Virus record (IMG/VR): IMGVR_UViG_3300020162_001876
Location: 46,999 to 110,998 of that record
Length of the DNA: 64,000 nt
From: a virus
Strand: one strand, 5' to 3'
Of this stretch, positions 63,698 through 64,000 are shown piece by piece (position 1 is the stretch's first letter; each line of letters starts with the position of its first letter). Below the pieces are notes generated by a model. It made no database searches. It was not told where the DNA came from and saw only the letters and a list, made by a program, of their open reading frames with translations. The position numbers were made by a program, and so were the translations under genes.

Positions 63698-64000
63698 ATG
63701 GAAAATAACAACAGCTGCTGTTTTGTAGCAAAAATAAATGAAGTAAAAGCAATTGAAGGTGCTGATAACATCGAACAAGCAGTTATCGGTGGGTGGAATA
63801 CTATTGTAAAAAAAGGAGCACATCAAGTAAATGATTTAGTAGTATGTGCAACTACTGATGCAGTTATTCCATCAGAAATTTCTGATAGTATTGGTGTAAC
63901 CAATTACCTAAGAAAAGGAAACAGAGTAAGAACTGTAAAACTAAGAGGAGTATATTCAGAATGTTTAATCATCTCTCTAGACCTATTACCACAAATGAAA
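63698..64000 (+). CDS. RNA ligase (DRB0094-like) N-terminal domain, 3'-truncated
   Basis: IEGADNIE, GWNTIVKKG, RVRTVKLRGVYSECL; catalytic domain lies beyond window. Confidence 0.75.
   Translation, partial: MENNNSCCFVAKINEVKAIEGADNIEQAVIGGWNTIVKKGAHQVNDLVVCATTDAVIPSEISDSIGVTNYLRKGNRVRTVKLRGVYSECLIISLDLLPQMK

Overview
This AT-rich 64 kb window is part of a large T4-like myophage genome; every supported feature lies on the + strand. Gene order: terminase, portal, prohead protease, scaffold and gp23-type capsid; PhoH; neck, fibre, sheath, tube, tape measure and baseplate genes; a replication block (compact family-A polymerase, gp32-like SSB, UvsX/RecA, 5'-3' exonuclease, gp41-like helicase, class Ia RNR); a lysis/envelope block (GH19 endolysin, holins, spanin-like pair); a TGT/DpdA-like gene plus queC; an array of about 26 tRNAs covering all 20 amino acids, interspersed with aberrant tRNA-like and other structured RNAs and an HNH gene; and an RNA-repair block (phosphoesterase, P-loop kinase, RNA ligase). 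An 11-copy TTTGG-N19-TATATT promoter and A-rich, SD-less start regions point to a Bacteroidota host (inference). The strongest candidate novel system is a 48-codon leader ORF (54763-54909) that uses all 20 amino acids and 35 different codons. Its 3' end can form an antiterminator mutually exclusive with the terminator in front of the tRNA array, suggesting a pan-tRNA-sensing attenuator. Other highlights: boxA-like elements after two tRNA promoters, a circularly permuted tRNA mimic, a ~310 nt closed-stem RNA behind a coiled-coil gene, a probable tail-chaperone frameshift, and a kinase moron flanked by a duplicated terminator. All calls were made by eye from motifs and base pairing; no database searches were run.
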